From: an uncultured Acidobacteriota bacterium
Lineage (GTDB): Bacteria; Acidobacteriota; Thermoanaerobaculia; Multivoradales; UBA5704
Length of the DNA: 64,000 nt
NCBI GenBank assembly: GCA_963700145.1
Contig: OY969474.1
Span: 3,520,001-3,584,000, forward strand
Direction: 5' to 3'
Shown here: positions 38,703 through 48,655 of the stretch, piece after piece
How the letters are laid out: each line of letters starts with the position of its first letter
Position numbering within the stretch: position 1 is the first letter of the stretch
Notes under the pieces: generated by a model
Told to the model about the DNA's origin: nothing
Databases searched by the model: none
What the model saw: the letters and a program-made list of their open reading frames with translations, nothing else
Program-made: the position numbers and the translations under genes

Positions 38703-41161
38703 TGCCGCCCGCGCCCGGCGGCGGCGCCCCGCTCGCCCCCTGCCGCTACGGCCACTTCACGCCCGACGGCCGCGAGTACGTGATCACCGATCCGCGCACC
38801 CCGCGCCCGTGGGCCAACGTCATCGCCAACCCGCGCGTCGGCCTCGCCGTGTCGCAGACCGGCAGCGGCTTCTCCTGGATCGACAACTCGCAGCTCGCGG
38901 CGATCGTGCGCTGGCAGCAGGACCTGGTCGCGGACCGCTCCGGCCGCTTCCTCTACCTGCGCGACCTCGACTCCGGCGACGTCTGGTCGCTCGCGCCGGC
39001 GCCCTGCTGGCCGGCCTACGAGCGCTTCGCCTGCCGCCACGGGCATGGCTACACGACCTTCGAGAGCGAGCACTTTGGCGTCGCCGCCGAGTGGACGCTC
39101 TTCGTCGACGTCGAGGCGACCGTCGAGCTCTGGCGGCTCACCCTGCGCGACACCGCCGGCCGGCCCCGGCGCCTCGCCGTCGTCCCGTACCTGGAATGGA
39201 ACTGCGGCACCTCGCCGGCGCCGCGGCGCGAGTTCCAGAAGCTCTTTCTCGAGACCCGCTGGGACGCCGCGCGCGGCGCCGTTGCCGCCGGCAGCCACAT
39301 GTGGGAGGTGCCGTCGCCGCGCTGGGGGCACTGGAACACCAGCTTCCCCTACTGGAGCGCCTTCGCCGCCGCGCAGCCGGTGGCGGCGGCGACCGGCGAC
39401 AAGGGGGAGTTCCTCGGCCGCTACGGGAGCTGGGCGCGCCCGGCGGCGCTTTCCGGCGCCCCCTGGCGCCCGCTCTTCGGCCGCCACGCCGACCCGGTGG
39501 CGGCGCTCGCCTGCGAGGTGGCGCTCCCCGCCGGCGGGAGCTTCGAGGGCGGCTTCGTCCTCGCCACCGCCGAGGCGTCCGACGGCTCGCCGGAGCCGGC
39601 GCTGGCGCTCGCCGCGCGCTTCGCGTCGCCGGCGGCGATGGACGGTGCGCTCGCCGCGGTGCGCGCGGCGTGGGCGGAGCGGCTCGCCGGCCACCGCGTC
39701 GCGACGCCGGAGCCGACCCTCGACGTCCTGGCCAACGACTGGCTGCGGTACCAGGCGATCTCGGCCCGCCTCTGGGGTCGCTGCGGCTACTACCAGCAGA
39801 GCGGCGCCTACGGCTACCGCGACCAGCTCCAGGACTCGCAGGTCTGGCTCACCATCGACCCGGCGCGCTGCCGCGAGCAGGCGAAGCTCCACGCCGCGCA
39901 CCAGTTCGCCGACGGCTCGGTCGTCCACTGGTGGCACCCGCTGACCGAGCAGGGGCACGTCACGCGGATGAGCGACGATCTCCTCTGGCTCGCCTACGTC
40001 CTGGCGAGCTACATCAAGGAGACCGGCGACTTCACGGTGCTCGACGAGCGCGCGCCCTTCCTCGACGATCCCGAGCCGGCGACCCTGCGCGAGCACGTGG
40101 CGCGCGCCTTCGCGCGGGTCGAGCGGCGCACCGGGCCGCGCGGCCTGCCCTACATCGGCGCCGGCGACTGGAACGACGGCCTCTCGGCGCTCGGCCTCGA
40201 GGAGCGCGGCGAGTCGGTGTGGCTGGCGGAGTTCCTGGCCGGCCTCTACGCCGATTGGGCGGAGGTCCACCGCCGCACCGGCGATCCGGAGCGGGCGGCG
40301 GCGCTCGCGGCGCGCCGCGAGGGGCTCGTCGCGGCGGTCAACGAGCACGCCTGGGACGGCGGCTGGTACCGGCGCGCGACCCGCGACGACGGCGGCTGGA
40401 TCGGCGGCCGCGACAGCCGCTACGGCCGGATCTTCCTCAACCCGCAGACCTGGGCGGTGCTGGCCGACGTGGCGCCGCCGGAGCGCGCCCGCGCCTGCCT
40501 GGCGGCGGTGCGCGAGCACCTGCTGACGCCGGCCGGCGCGCTCCTCCTGGCGCCGGCCTGGGCCGAGCCGGACGCCGCCGTCGGCTACATCACCCGCTAC
40601 GCCCCCGGCATGCGCGAGAACGGCGGCGTCTACACCCACGCCGCGGTGTGGGCGATCGCCGCCGCGGCCAAGGCCAAGGACGCCGAGCTGGTGGCGGCGC
40701 TCCTCGCCGCCATCGACCCGACGCGCCACGACCCGGAGTCCTACTGGGCTGAGCCGTACGTCCTGCCCGGCAACGTCGACGGCCCCGCGTCCCCCTTCCA
40801 CGGCCGCGCCGGCTGGACCTGGTACACCGGCGCCGCCGCCTGGCTGCCGCGCGTTCTCAGCGAGTGGGTCCTTGGCGTGCGCCCGACCTGGGACGGGCTC
40901 CTCTTCGACCCCTGCCTGCCGCCCGGTTGGCCGGGCGCCCGCATGGAACGCCCCTGGCGCGGGGCCCGGCTAGAGGTGGAGATCACGCGTGGGGAGCGGG
41001 CGGGTGTGCGGGTGAACGGCGAGGAGCTCGACGGCGGGCTGCTGCGGGAAGTCGAGCCGGGCGCCACGTACCGGATCGAAGTCGAGACCCCGAGCCTTGT
41101 CCAGACCCCCAGCCTTGTCATTCCGAGCGAAGCCGAGGAATCTGGGCGGGGGAAAGGTTAG
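38702..41161 (+). CDS. GH94 glycoside phosphorylase
   Basis: TPRPWANVIAN, YQQSGAYGYRDQLQD, SDDLLWL, GDWNDG, ENGGVYTHA and WYTG motifs. Confidence 0.92.
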   Translation: MPPAPGGGAPLAPCRYGHFTPDGREYVITDPRTPRPWANVIANPRVGLAVSQTGSGFSWIDNSQLAAIVRWQQDLVADRSGRFLYLRDLDSGDVWSLAPAPCWPAYERFACRHGHGYTTFESEHFGVAAEWTLFVDVEATVELWRLTLRDTAGRPRRLAVVPYLEWNCGTSPAPRREFQKLFLETRWDAARGAVAAGSHMWEVPSPRWGHWNTSFPYWSAFAAAQPVAAATGDKGEFLGRYGSWARPAALSGAPWRPLFGRHADPVAALACEVALPAGGSFEGGFVLATAEASDGSPEPALALAARFASPAAMDGALAAVRAAWAERLAGHRVATPEPTLDVLANDWLRYQAISARLWGRCGYYQQSGAYGYRDQLQDSQVWLTIDPARCREQAKLHAAHQFADGSVVHWWHPLTEQGHVTRMSDDLLWLAYVLASYIKETGDFTVLDERAPFLDDPEPATLREHVARAFARVERRTGPRGLPYIGAGDWNDGLSALGLEERGESVWLAEFLAGLYADWAEVHRRTGDPERAAALAARREGLVAAVNEHAWDGGWYRRATRDDGGWIGGRDSRYGRIFLNPQTWAVLADVAPPERARACLAAVREHLLTPAGALLLAPAWAEPDAAVGYITRYAPGMRENGGVYTHAAVWAIAAAAKAKDAELVAALLAAIDPTRHDPESYWAEPYVLPGNVDGPASPFHGRAGWTWYTGAAAWLPRVLSEWVLGVRPTWDGLLFDPCLPPGWPGARMERPWRGARLEVEITRGERAGVRVNGEELDGGLLREVEPGATYRIEVETPSLVQTPSLVIPSEAEESGRGKG

Positions 41162-41208
41162 CCGTGGGCTCCCCCCGCCCAGATCCCTCGGCTACGCTCG
41201 GGATGACA
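41116..41208. repeat. REP/REPIN-like palindromic element, copy 3
   Basis: TGTCATTCCGAGCGAAGCCGAGGAATCTGGGCGGGGG...CCCCCGCCCAGATCCCTCGGCTACGCTCGGGATGACA; contains the stop codons of both convergent genes. Confidence 0.85.
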
Positions 41209-42559
41209 AGGCAGGCTCGTCAAGCGCGGCCCCGCCGGTCCTGATCACCTCACTGTAAAACTCCGCACTCGCCTTCGGCGTCCGCCTTTGTGTCGCGCGG
41301 TCGACGTGCACGATCCCGAAGCGCGGCTCGTACCCCTTGCTCCACTCGAAGTTGTCGAGCAGCGACCAGGCGAAGTAGCCGCGCACGTCGGCGCCGGCGG
41401 CAATCGCGCGCCGCACCGCCAGCAGGTGCTCGCGCAGGTAGGCGACGCGCGGCACGTCCTCGATCCGGCCGCCGGGCGCCGCCGGCGGGTCGGCGAAGGC
41501 GGCGCCGTTCTCGGTGACGTAGAGCGGCACCGGCCCGTAGCGCGCGCGCAGCCAGCCGATCGTCTCCTCCAGCCCCCGCGGGTAGACCTCCCAGTCGAGC
41601 GCGGTATAGATACTCCCCGCTTGCCGCGCCTTCGCCGCCCCGGTCGGCCAGCAGGCCGGGTCGTGCCGCACCACCGAGCGCGCGTAGTAGTTGAGGCCGA
41701 GGAAGTCGAGCGGTTGTCGGATGCGCTCGAGGTCGGCCGCCAGCGGCTCGCGCCAGCCTTCGCCGTAGATCGCCGGCAGCTCCTCGGGGTAGCGGCCGAG
41801 GAAGACCGGATCGGTGAACTGGCGGTTCATGTAGGCGTCGTCGCGCGACGCCGCGGCGACGTCCTCCGGGCGGTCGCTCGCCGGGTGCTTCGGCTCGACG
41901 TTGACGACCAGCCCGATGCGGTGCTTGCCGCCGGCCCGGTAGGCGAGCACCGCCTCGGCGTGCGCCAGGAGCAGGTGGTGGGCGACGCGCGGCGCCTCCC
42001 AGCGGCTGCGGTGGCCGGGCGCCAGCGTGCCGTGCAGGTGCCCGCCGTCGCACACCACCCAGGGCTCGTTGAGCGTCGCCCAGAGGCGCACGTCGCCGTC
42101 GAGCGCGTCGAAGCAGACGCGCGCGTAGTCGGCGAACCAGCGCGGGCTGTCCGGGTTGAGCCAGCCGCCGCGCTCGTCGAGCGCCGCCGGGTGGTCCCAG
42201 TGGTAGAGCGTCGCCATCGGCTCGATCCCCGCCTCGCGCAGCGCCGCGACCAGCCGGCGGTAGAAGTCGAGCCCGCGCTGGTTGACGGCACCGGTGCCCT
42301 CCGGCAGCACCCGCCCCCAGGCGATGCTGAAGCGGTAGGCGCCGAGCCCGAGGTCACGCATCAGCGCGACGTCGTCGCGGAAGCGCCGGTAGTGGTCACA
42401 GGCGACGTCGCCGGTGTCGCCGTTGGCGATCCAGCCCGGGGTGTGCGCGAAGCGGTGCCAGTTGCTCTCGCCGGCGCCGTCGGCAAGCGGCGAGCCCTCG
42501 ATCTGGTAGGCGGAGGTGGCAGCGCCCCAGAGGAAATCGTCGGGGAAGGGCGCGCCCAT
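41192..42559 (-). CDS. GH1 beta-glucosidase
   Basis: FLWGAATSAYQIEG, TLNEP (acid/base), YVTENG (nucleophile) and WSLLDNFEW motifs. Confidence 0.96.
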   Translation of the reverse strand: MGAPFPDDFLWGAATSAYQIEGSPLADGAGESNWHRFAHTPGWIANGDTGDVACDHYRRFRDDVALMRDLGLGAYRFSIAWGRVLPEGTGAVNQRGLDFYRRLVAALREAGIEPMATLYHWDHPAALDERGGWLNPDSPRWFADYARVCFDALDGDVRLWATLNEPWVVCDGGHLHGTLAPGHRSRWEAPRVAHHLLLAHAEAVLAYRAGGKHRIGLVVNVEPKHPASDRPEDVAAASRDDAYMNRQFTDPVFLGRYPEELPAIYGEGWREPLAADLERIRQPLDFLGLNYYARSVVRHDPACWPTGAAKARQAGSIYTALDWEVYPRGLEETIGWLRARYGPVPLYVTENGAAFADPPAAPGGRIEDVPRVAYLREHLLAVRRAIAAGADVRGYFAWSLLDNFEWSKGYEPRFGIVHVDRATQRRTPKASAEFYSEVIRTGGAALDEPALSSRA

Positions 42560-42580
42560 CCCGAAAGCGTAGCGCAGCGC

Positions 42581-45208
42581 TCACCGCGGCAGGTCGAGGC
42601 GATAGCTCGCCTTGAGCAGGAAGCGGTCCTCCGCCGGCAGGTCGTCGATCGCCCACAAGTCCTCCCAGCGGCCGCTGGAGGTCGCGAGCAGCCGCTCCTC
42701 CCGCCCTTCGCTCCACACCGCGTAGAGCGTCGCCGCCCCCACCTCCCAGCGCAGCACGGCGTTGCCGCGCAGGCTGCGCAGGCTGAAGTCCGGGTCGGCG
42801 AGGACGAAGGGCGGGGCGGCGGCCGCGCCGTCGGGGTCGACGCGATAGACACCGCCGCCGCGCTCGACCGCCGTGTAGGCGCGGTAGCCGCCGCCCGGCG
42901 CGGCCAGCTCGGCGAGCCCGGCGTAGGTGCCGGAGGCGGCGAAGGGCTGCAGATAGAGCTGCAGCGAGAGGTTGCGGTGGAACGTCCAGTCGAGCCGCGG
43001 GGCGAGCTCCAGGCGGCGCTCCACGAGCTCGCCGAAGACCCAGCGGCGGCCGTAGGTGGCGGCGGCGAGCGGGTCGTCCACCGCGCCGACGAACTTGGCC
43101 GCGACCGTGCGGGTGGCGGCGGTGGCGGCGAGCTGGAGACTGATGTTGGAGCGCGGCCGCCAGCCCAGCGTCAGCGCGGTGGAGCGGCTGGAGCCGCCGT
43201 CCTCGTCGTCGCCGTCGCCGCGCGCCAGCTCCACCCAGACCGGCTTGCGCGTGTCGCTGCCGACCCGCAGCGACGACGACCAGCCCGGCGGCCGGGCGAT
43301 GCGCGGCCCGCCGCGCGTCTCGCGGTCGTCGAAGCCGCTCTCCGTGCGGAAGAGACCGGCGGACCCCGTCCAGTAATTGCGCAGCGTCGTCGTGCCCTCG
43401 AAGCTCCAGCCGCCGGCCAGCGGCTCGCCGCCGCCGTTCTCGCTCCACCAGCGCCCGCCCCACAGGCGCCAGGAGCGCGCGACGCGGCCGGGCGTCACGT
43501 CGTGGTAGGCGGCGACGGCGTGCGCCGCGCGCAGGTCGCTGCGGGCGTGGAAGCCCAGCTCGTTGACGTCGAACCCGGGCGAGTAGGCCTGCCCCTGGAG
43601 CTGGTAGCGCCAGGCGCCGGTCTCGCGCGAGAGCGTCAGCTTGCCGCCCCAACCGGAGAGCTCGTCGCGCGCGGGATCGAAGCGCAAGTGGTCGGCGTCC
43701 GGCCGCTGGTAGGCGTGCGCCGGCGAGCGCTGGAGGAGCGCGATCGCCTGCGGCGGCCCGTCGACGCGAGAGCCGGCGACCATCCAGTCGATCAGGAGGT
43801 CGCGGTCGCCGAGCCAAGCGTAGCCGTCGAGGCCCAGGACCCGCGCGGTCTCCGGCAGGAACGCGGTGGCGGCGCGGCTGCGGCGGTCGGTGGAGGTGGC
43901 CAGGAGCCCGATCCGCCGCCGCTCGCCCAGGTCGCGCGTCACCCGGCCGGCGAAGTAGCTGGCCCCCGGCTCGACGACCTGCGAGCGCAGCGCCCCGCCG
44001 CTCGCCAGCTCCGCCCGCTCCTCGGCGGTGAGGGCGTCGAGCAGCGCGACGCTGGTGCCGCCGGCGGTGCGCCCGAGGAGCTTGAGGGCGCCGAGGATGC
44101 GGGTCGCCCCGGGCGCGTCCACCGCTTCGGCGGCGAGGCGCGCCGTCCCCTGCGGCTCGCGGCCGATGCGCCGCGAGTAGAAGAGCCGCGGGTGGCCGAC
44201 CGCGAAGGGCGTGGTGTACGCGGTCGCGACGCCGCCGAAGTTGAAGAGCTTGGCGCCGTCGAGGAAGAACGGCCGCTTCTCGGGCAGGAAGAGCTCGAAC
44301 CCCGAGAGGTCGAGGACCGCGGGATCGACCTCCACTTGGCCGAAGTCCGGGTTGAGCGTGCCGGTGAGCGTCAGGTTGCTGCGCGAGGTCCAGCGCAGGT
44401 CGAGTCCCACCTCCTCGGCGCCGCCGCCGTCGCGGCCCAGCGGATCGCCGGCGGGGACGGCGGCGTCGCGCAGCGCCGCGGCGGAGACGTAGGGCCGCAG
44501 CTCGAGGCGCGAGCGCGGGCGGACGCCGTCGAGCCCCGCGAGGTCGCCGAAGCGGGAGGCGAAGCCGGGCTGGTCGAGCGGGTGCGAGACCCACCGCGCC
44601 TGCTCCTGGCGGCCGCGGATCCAGCGGATGAAGTTGAGGCCCCAGACCTGCGGCACGCGCTCGGCGAAGCGCAGCTCGGCGAGCGGGATGCGCATCTCGA
44701 CGCTCCAGCCGGTCTCGCCGAGCCGCGCCGCCGACTGCCAGACGGCGTCCCAGGTGGTGTCCTCCTCGACGTCGTTGGCGATGACCTCGTCGTACTGCAC
44801 GCCGTCGGGGTTGACGAAGAAGGCGTAGCCGCTGCGGCGGTCGTGCTGCGGGTCGAGCAGGATGCCGAACCAGTCGCTGGCGAGGAAGGTGTCGCGCCGG
44901 CCGAGGAGGCGCGTCACCGGGTGGGTGCGGTGGTCGAGGACGGCGGCGACGTACAGCGCGTCGTCGTCGAAGAGCACGTGGACGCGGGTCGGCTCGCTCA
45001 CCGGCTCGCCGTTGTCCGGGCGCTGTTGGGTGAAGCCCTCGATCGCCGGCGCGAGGCCCCACACCGCCTCCTCGACGCGGCCGTCGACGGTCGGCGGAGA
45101 GGGGGTGCGGGCGGCGCGGGCCGCGGGGCGCGGGCGGCCGTCGTCGGCCGCGGCGGCGGCGGTGGCGGCCAGGATCAGGAAAGCGAAAGAGAGTGTCTTG
45201 GCGTTCAT
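42581..45208 (-). CDS. DUF5916-type outer-membrane protein with N-terminal CBM9-like domain
   Basis: ATG at 45208, signal peptide; P.VDGR..E.VW, W..EMRIP..ELRF, TLNPDFGQVEVD, EKRPFFL and LFYSRRIG motifs. Confidence 0.8.
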   Translation of the reverse strand: MNAKTLSFAFLILAATAAAAADDGRPRPAARAARTPSPPTVDGRVEEAVWGLAPAIEGFTQQRPDNGEPVSEPTRVHVLFDDDALYVAAVLDHRTHPVTRLLGRRDTFLASDWFGILLDPQHDRRSGYAFFVNPDGVQYDEVIANDVEEDTTWDAVWQSAARLGETGWSVEMRIPLAELRFAERVPQVWGLNFIRWIRGRQEQARWVSHPLDQPGFASRFGDLAGLDGVRPRSRLELRPYVSAAALRDAAVPAGDPLGRDGGGAEEVGLDLRWTSRSNLTLTGTLNPDFGQVEVDPAVLDLSGFELFLPEKRPFFLDGAKLFNFGGVATAYTTPFAVGHPRLFYSRRIGREPQGTARLAAEAVDAPGATRILGALKLLGRTAGGTSVALLDALTAEERAELASGGALRSQVVEPGASYFAGRVTRDLGERRRIGLLATSTDRRSRAATAFLPETARVLGLDGYAWLGDRDLLIDWMVAGSRVDGPPQAIALLQRSPAHAYQRPDADHLRFDPARDELSGWGGKLTLSRETGAWRYQLQGQAYSPGFDVNELGFHARSDLRAAHAVAAYHDVTPGRVARSWRLWGGRWWSENGGGEPLAGGWSFEGTTTLRNYWTGSAGLFRTESGFDDRETRGGPRIARPPGWSSSLRVGSDTRKPVWVELARGDGDDEDGGSSRSTALTLGWRPRSNISLQLAATAATRTVAAKFVGAVDDPLAAATYGRRWVFGELVERRLELAPRLDWTFHRNLSLQLYLQPFAASGTYAGLAELAAPGGGYRAYTAVERGGGVYRVDPDGAAAAPPFVLADPDFSLRSLRGNAVLRWEVGAATLYAVWSEGREERLLATSSGRWEDLWAIDDLPAEDRFLLKASYRLDLPR

Positions 45209-45236
45209 GCAACGCAGGGTAGGGCCGGCTGGACGA

Positions 45237-45249
45237 TGAGTCCAGCTCA
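45237..45249. promoter_or_regulatory. Putative LysR-type binding site (T-N11-A palindrome TGAG-N5-CTCA)
   Basis: TGAGTCCAGCTCA in the short divergent gap between the DUF5916 gene and the LysR gene. Confidence 0.55.
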
Positions 45250-45266
45250 ATGTCATAATCCAAGCC

Positions 45267-46259
45267 ATGCCCAATCTGCATGAGGCCAGATCCCCCGCCC
45301 AGCCGCCGCCGGCGCCCGCCGAGGCCGGCCTGCTGCAGCCGCTCGTCCTCGAGCTGCGCCACCTGCGCCTGGTGCTCGCCATCGAGCAGGAGGGCAGCCT
45401 CACCCGCGCCGGCGAGCGCCTGAACCTCACCCAGTCGGCGCTCAGCCACCAGCTCCGCGAGATCGAGTCGCGCCTGCGGCTGCCGCTCTTCGACCGGGTC
45501 AAGAACCGGCTGGTGCTCAACGCCGCCGGCCGCGAGCTGGTCGCCGGGGCGCGGCGTGTGCTGGCCGAGGTGACGGCGCTCGAGGAGGGGCTGCGCGACT
45601 GGGCGGGCGACGGGCGCGGCCTGCTGCGGCTGACCACCGAGTGCTACACCTGCTACGAGTGGCTGCCGCCGCTCCTCGCCCGCTTCGAGCGCCAGCACCC
45701 GCGCGTCGAGGTGCGCATTGTGGTCGAGGCGACGGCGCGGGCGCTCGCCGCGGTGCGCGAGGGCGAGGTGGACGTGGCGATCGTCACCCGCGGCGATGCC
45801 GGCGTGGAGCTCGAGCCGCTGTTCGAGGACGAGATGCTGCTGCTGGTCGCGCCGGGCCACCGGCTGGCCGAGCGGCCCTACGTCCGCCCCCGCGACCTGG
45901 CGCGCGAGCGCCTGCTGCTCTACTCGGCGCCGGCGGCAAGCAACTTCTACCAGCAGTTCCTCGCCGCCGCCGGCGTCGAGCCGCAGGCGACGGCGCAGGT
46001 GCAGCTCACCGAGGCGATCGTCTCGATGATCCGGGCGGGCCTGGGTGTCGGCCCGCTGCCGCGCTGGGCGGTGGGCGAGGAGCTGCGGCGCGGCACGGTC
46101 GTCGGCGTGCCGCTCGGCGAGCGCGGCCTGCACCGCCAGTGGTCCGCCGCCACCCGGCTCGGCGCCCGCCGCCCGCGCTACCTCGGCGACTTCCTCGAGC
46201 TCGTCACCGCCTCGGCCGGCCCCAGCCGCTTCGCGCAACGGCAGGCGGCGGCGCGCTGA
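45267..46259 (+). CDS. LysR-family regulator (MetR-like subgroup)
   Basis: LELRHLR...GSLTRAGERLNLTQSALSHQLREIE HTH; TECYTCYEWL resembles the MetR ECHSC motif; true start may be slightly downstream. Confidence 0.9.
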   Translation: MPNLHEARSPAQPPPAPAEAGLLQPLVLELRHLRLVLAIEQEGSLTRAGERLNLTQSALSHQLREIESRLRLPLFDRVKNRLVLNAAGRELVAGARRVLAEVTALEEGLRDWAGDGRGLLRLTTECYTCYEWLPPLLARFERQHPRVEVRIVVEATARALAAVREGEVDVAIVTRGDAGVELEPLFEDEMLLLVAPGHRLAERPYVRPRDLARERLLLYSAPAASNFYQQFLAAAGVEPQATAQVQLTEAIVSMIRAGLGVGPLPRWAVGEELRRGTVVGVPLGERGLHRQWSAATRLGARRPRYLGDFLELVTASAGPSRFAQRQAAAR

Positions 46260-46285
46260 GCCGGCCGCCGCGGAGGTCGCCCTCG

Positions 46286-48655
46286 CTACTCGTAGGCCAG
46301 GGCTTCGCGCACCGAGCCGCGGGAGGCGTGCCAGGCGGGGAGGAAGCTGGCGGCGGCGCCGAGGACGACCGAGGCGGCGAGCCAGATCAGGAGCCCGCGG
46401 AGCTCGAAGCGGAAGTCGGGGGCGCTCTGGAACATCAGCCCGACCAGCAGGTCGCCGATCGCCTTGCTCGCCGGCCAGGCGGCGAGGGCGGCGACGAGGC
46501 CGCTGAGGAGACCGACGACGGCCCCTTCCGCGGCGACGATCCCCCAGACCGCCCGCGGCGTCGCGCCGATGGCGCGCAGGACGCCCATCTCCCGCCGCCG
46601 CTCGAGGACGTTGAGGCTCATCGTCGTCGCCAGCCCCAGCCCGCCGACGCCGACGATGATGGCCGACATGACGAGGAGGGCGACGTAGATCATCACCATG
46701 TGCTGGTCGAAGCCGAAGCGGCTGTCGGCCTCGCTGCGGCTGCCCTGCGCGCGCAGGCCCTCGCGCTCCAGCTCGCGCTCCAGGACGGCCTCGACGCGGC
46801 GGACCGCGGCGGGGTCGGTCCGCGCCAGCGCCAGGCGGAGGCTGTTGACGGCGCCCGGGTGGTACGCCTCGAAGAAGGCGCGCGGCACGTAGGCGACAGG
46901 CCGGGCGAACGGCTCGCGCGCGATCCCTACCAGCCGCCAGGACCGCAGCTCTGTGCCCAGTCGGAAGGCGACCGTGTCGCCGACCTCGTAGCGCGGCCAG
47001 CGGGTGGCCCAGGCGCTGTTGACGACCAGCGCGTCGTCCTCGCCGGGCCGCAGCCAGACGCCGGCGACGATCGCCGGCGCCAGTAGCCCGGTCGCCGCTG
47101 GCAGCGCGACGACGGTGAAGTCCCCGTCCTCGTCGCCGCCGGGGAAGGTCCCATCGCTGACGATCCACCCTTCGGCGCGCTCGACACCCGGCGTCCGCGC
47201 GACCGCCCGCTCGACGGCGGCGAGCGGGACCATCGTCCCGAGGTTGACGCTCAAGTCGTACTTGCGCTGCGCGAAGAGGCGGTCGAGAGTCTCGATCAGC
47301 GAGGCGCGGACGTTGAGCGCCGCCATGAAGAAAAGGCCGCCGGCCGCCAGCGTCGCCACCGTCAGCACGAGGCGCGTGCGCCGCCGGAAGCCGTTGCGCA
47401 GCGCCAGGAGGAGCGGCCGCGCCGCGCCGCCGACGCCGGCCAGGGCACGGTCGAAGGCGCTCGTGCCGAAGGCGCTGCGCGCCACGCCGAAGTCCCCGAG
47501 CGCCTCGCGCACCGGCACGCCGCTCCCCTTCCACACCGGGTACGCCGCGGCCAGCAACGGCACGACCAGGCCGACCGCGGCGGCGGAGAGGTACACCCAC
47601 GCCGGCGCGGCGAAGCTCGTGATGTCGAAGTTGAGGAACCCGGCCATCGCGCGGCAGAAGACGCGGCTGCCCCAGATCCCGAGCGGCAGGCCGACGAGCA
47701 CGGCGGCGGCGCCGAGCAGCAGCGCCTGCGCCAAGTAGATGCGCGCGATCCGGCCGCGCGTGCCGCCGACCGCCTGCATGACGCCGATCTGCCGCACCTG
47801 CGCCGCCATCAGCGCGGTCAGCAGGTTGACCACCAGGATCCCGGAGAGGAGGAGGACGAAGCCGCCGAAGCTCGACAGCGACAGCAGCAGCAGGCCGGTG
47901 AGGTCGGCGTGCGGGTGCTTGCCCGGCCGCGGCACCTCCACTCCGCTGACGGGGTGCCCCAGGCCCTCGACCAGCCTCTCGACCTCCGCCGCCACGCGCC
48001 GCACGTGCGGCTCGTCGAGCTGGTTTTCGGCCACCAGCAGCTTCAGCTCGTCGAGGTACGGCGTCTCGCCCAGCCGCGCCAGCGTCTCGAGCGTGACGTA
48101 GCCGTAGACGAGGTTCTCCATCCGCGCCTGCGCCTGCCCGACGTCGTGGACGCTGCCGGCGACGCGCAGCGTCCCGTCCCGGCCTTCCGCCGTGCGCACG
48201 GCGACGGTGTCGCCGATCTCCGCCCGCGCCACTTGCAGGGCGTCGCGCTCGATCAGGACCTCGCCGGCGGACGGCGGCCAGGCGCCGCGCTCGGGCACCA
48301 GCCTGCTGACCCGGACGTCGCCGTAGTCGGCGACGACGAAGAGCACCAGGTTGCGCCACTCCATCGGCCCGGTCCTGATGCGGCCGCGGACCGCGCGCCG
48401 CGCCTCGGCGTCGCCCACCCCGGGGTGGGCGCGGACGGCGCGCAGCAGCGCGTCGTCCACCGCGTCCGTCCAGAGGTTCGCCGAGGCGGGGTTGGTGGCG
48501 AGGTAGCCGCGGTCCAGCTCGCGCACCAGGACCGCGTAGGTCGAAAGCACCGTCGAGGTGCCGGCGATGCCGAGCGCGATCGCCGCGACGACGAGCGCCG
48601 TGCGCGTGCGCTCGCGCCAGACGTCGCGCCACGCCTTGCGCCAGGGGGTCGTCAA
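46286..48655 (-). CDS. FtsX/MacB-like ABC transporter permease (duplicated)
   Basis: Two MacB-like halves; RQIGVMQAVG and ERRREMGVLRAIGA motifs. Confidence 0.88.
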   Translation of the reverse strand: MTTPWRKAWRDVWRERTRTALVVAAIALGIAGTSTVLSTYAVLVRELDRGYLATNPASANLWTDAVDDALLRAVRAHPGVGDAEARRAVRGRIRTGPMEWRNLVLFVVADYGDVRVSRLVPERGAWPPSAGEVLIERDALQVARAEIGDTVAVRTAEGRDGTLRVAGSVHDVGQAQARMENLVYGYVTLETLARLGETPYLDELKLLVAENQLDEPHVRRVAAEVERLVEGLGHPVSGVEVPRPGKHPHADLTGLLLLSLSSFGGFVLLLSGILVVNLLTALMAAQVRQIGVMQAVGGTRGRIARIYLAQALLLGAAAVLVGLPLGIWGSRVFCRAMAGFLNFDITSFAAPAWVYLSAAAVGLVVPLLAAAYPVWKGSGVPVREALGDFGVARSAFGTSAFDRALAGVGGAARPLLLALRNGFRRRTRLVLTVATLAAGGLFFMAALNVRASLIETLDRLFAQRKYDLSVNLGTMVPLAAVERAVARTPGVERAEGWIVSDGTFPGGDEDGDFTVVALPAATGLLAPAIVAGVWLRPGEDDALVVNSAWATRWPRYEVGDTVAFRLGTELRSWRLVGIAREPFARPVAYVPRAFFEAYHPGAVNSLRLALARTDPAAVRRVEAVLERELEREGLRAQGSRSEADSRFGFDQHMVMIYVALLVMSAIIVGVGGLGLATTMSLNVLERRREMGVLRAIGATPRAVWGIVAAEGAVVGLLSGLVAALAAWPASKAIGDLLVGLMFQSAPDFRFELRGLLIWLAASVVLGAAASFLPAWHASRGSVREALAYE

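Noticed and set aside
42396-48632. Very long alternative-frame ORFs (e.g. 42396..48632 -, 41288..45283 +, 18189..21224 -, 37564..40752 +)
   Set aside because: Arg/Ala/Pro/Gly-rich shadow frames overlapping well-supported genes; expected in very GC-rich DNA with few stop codons.
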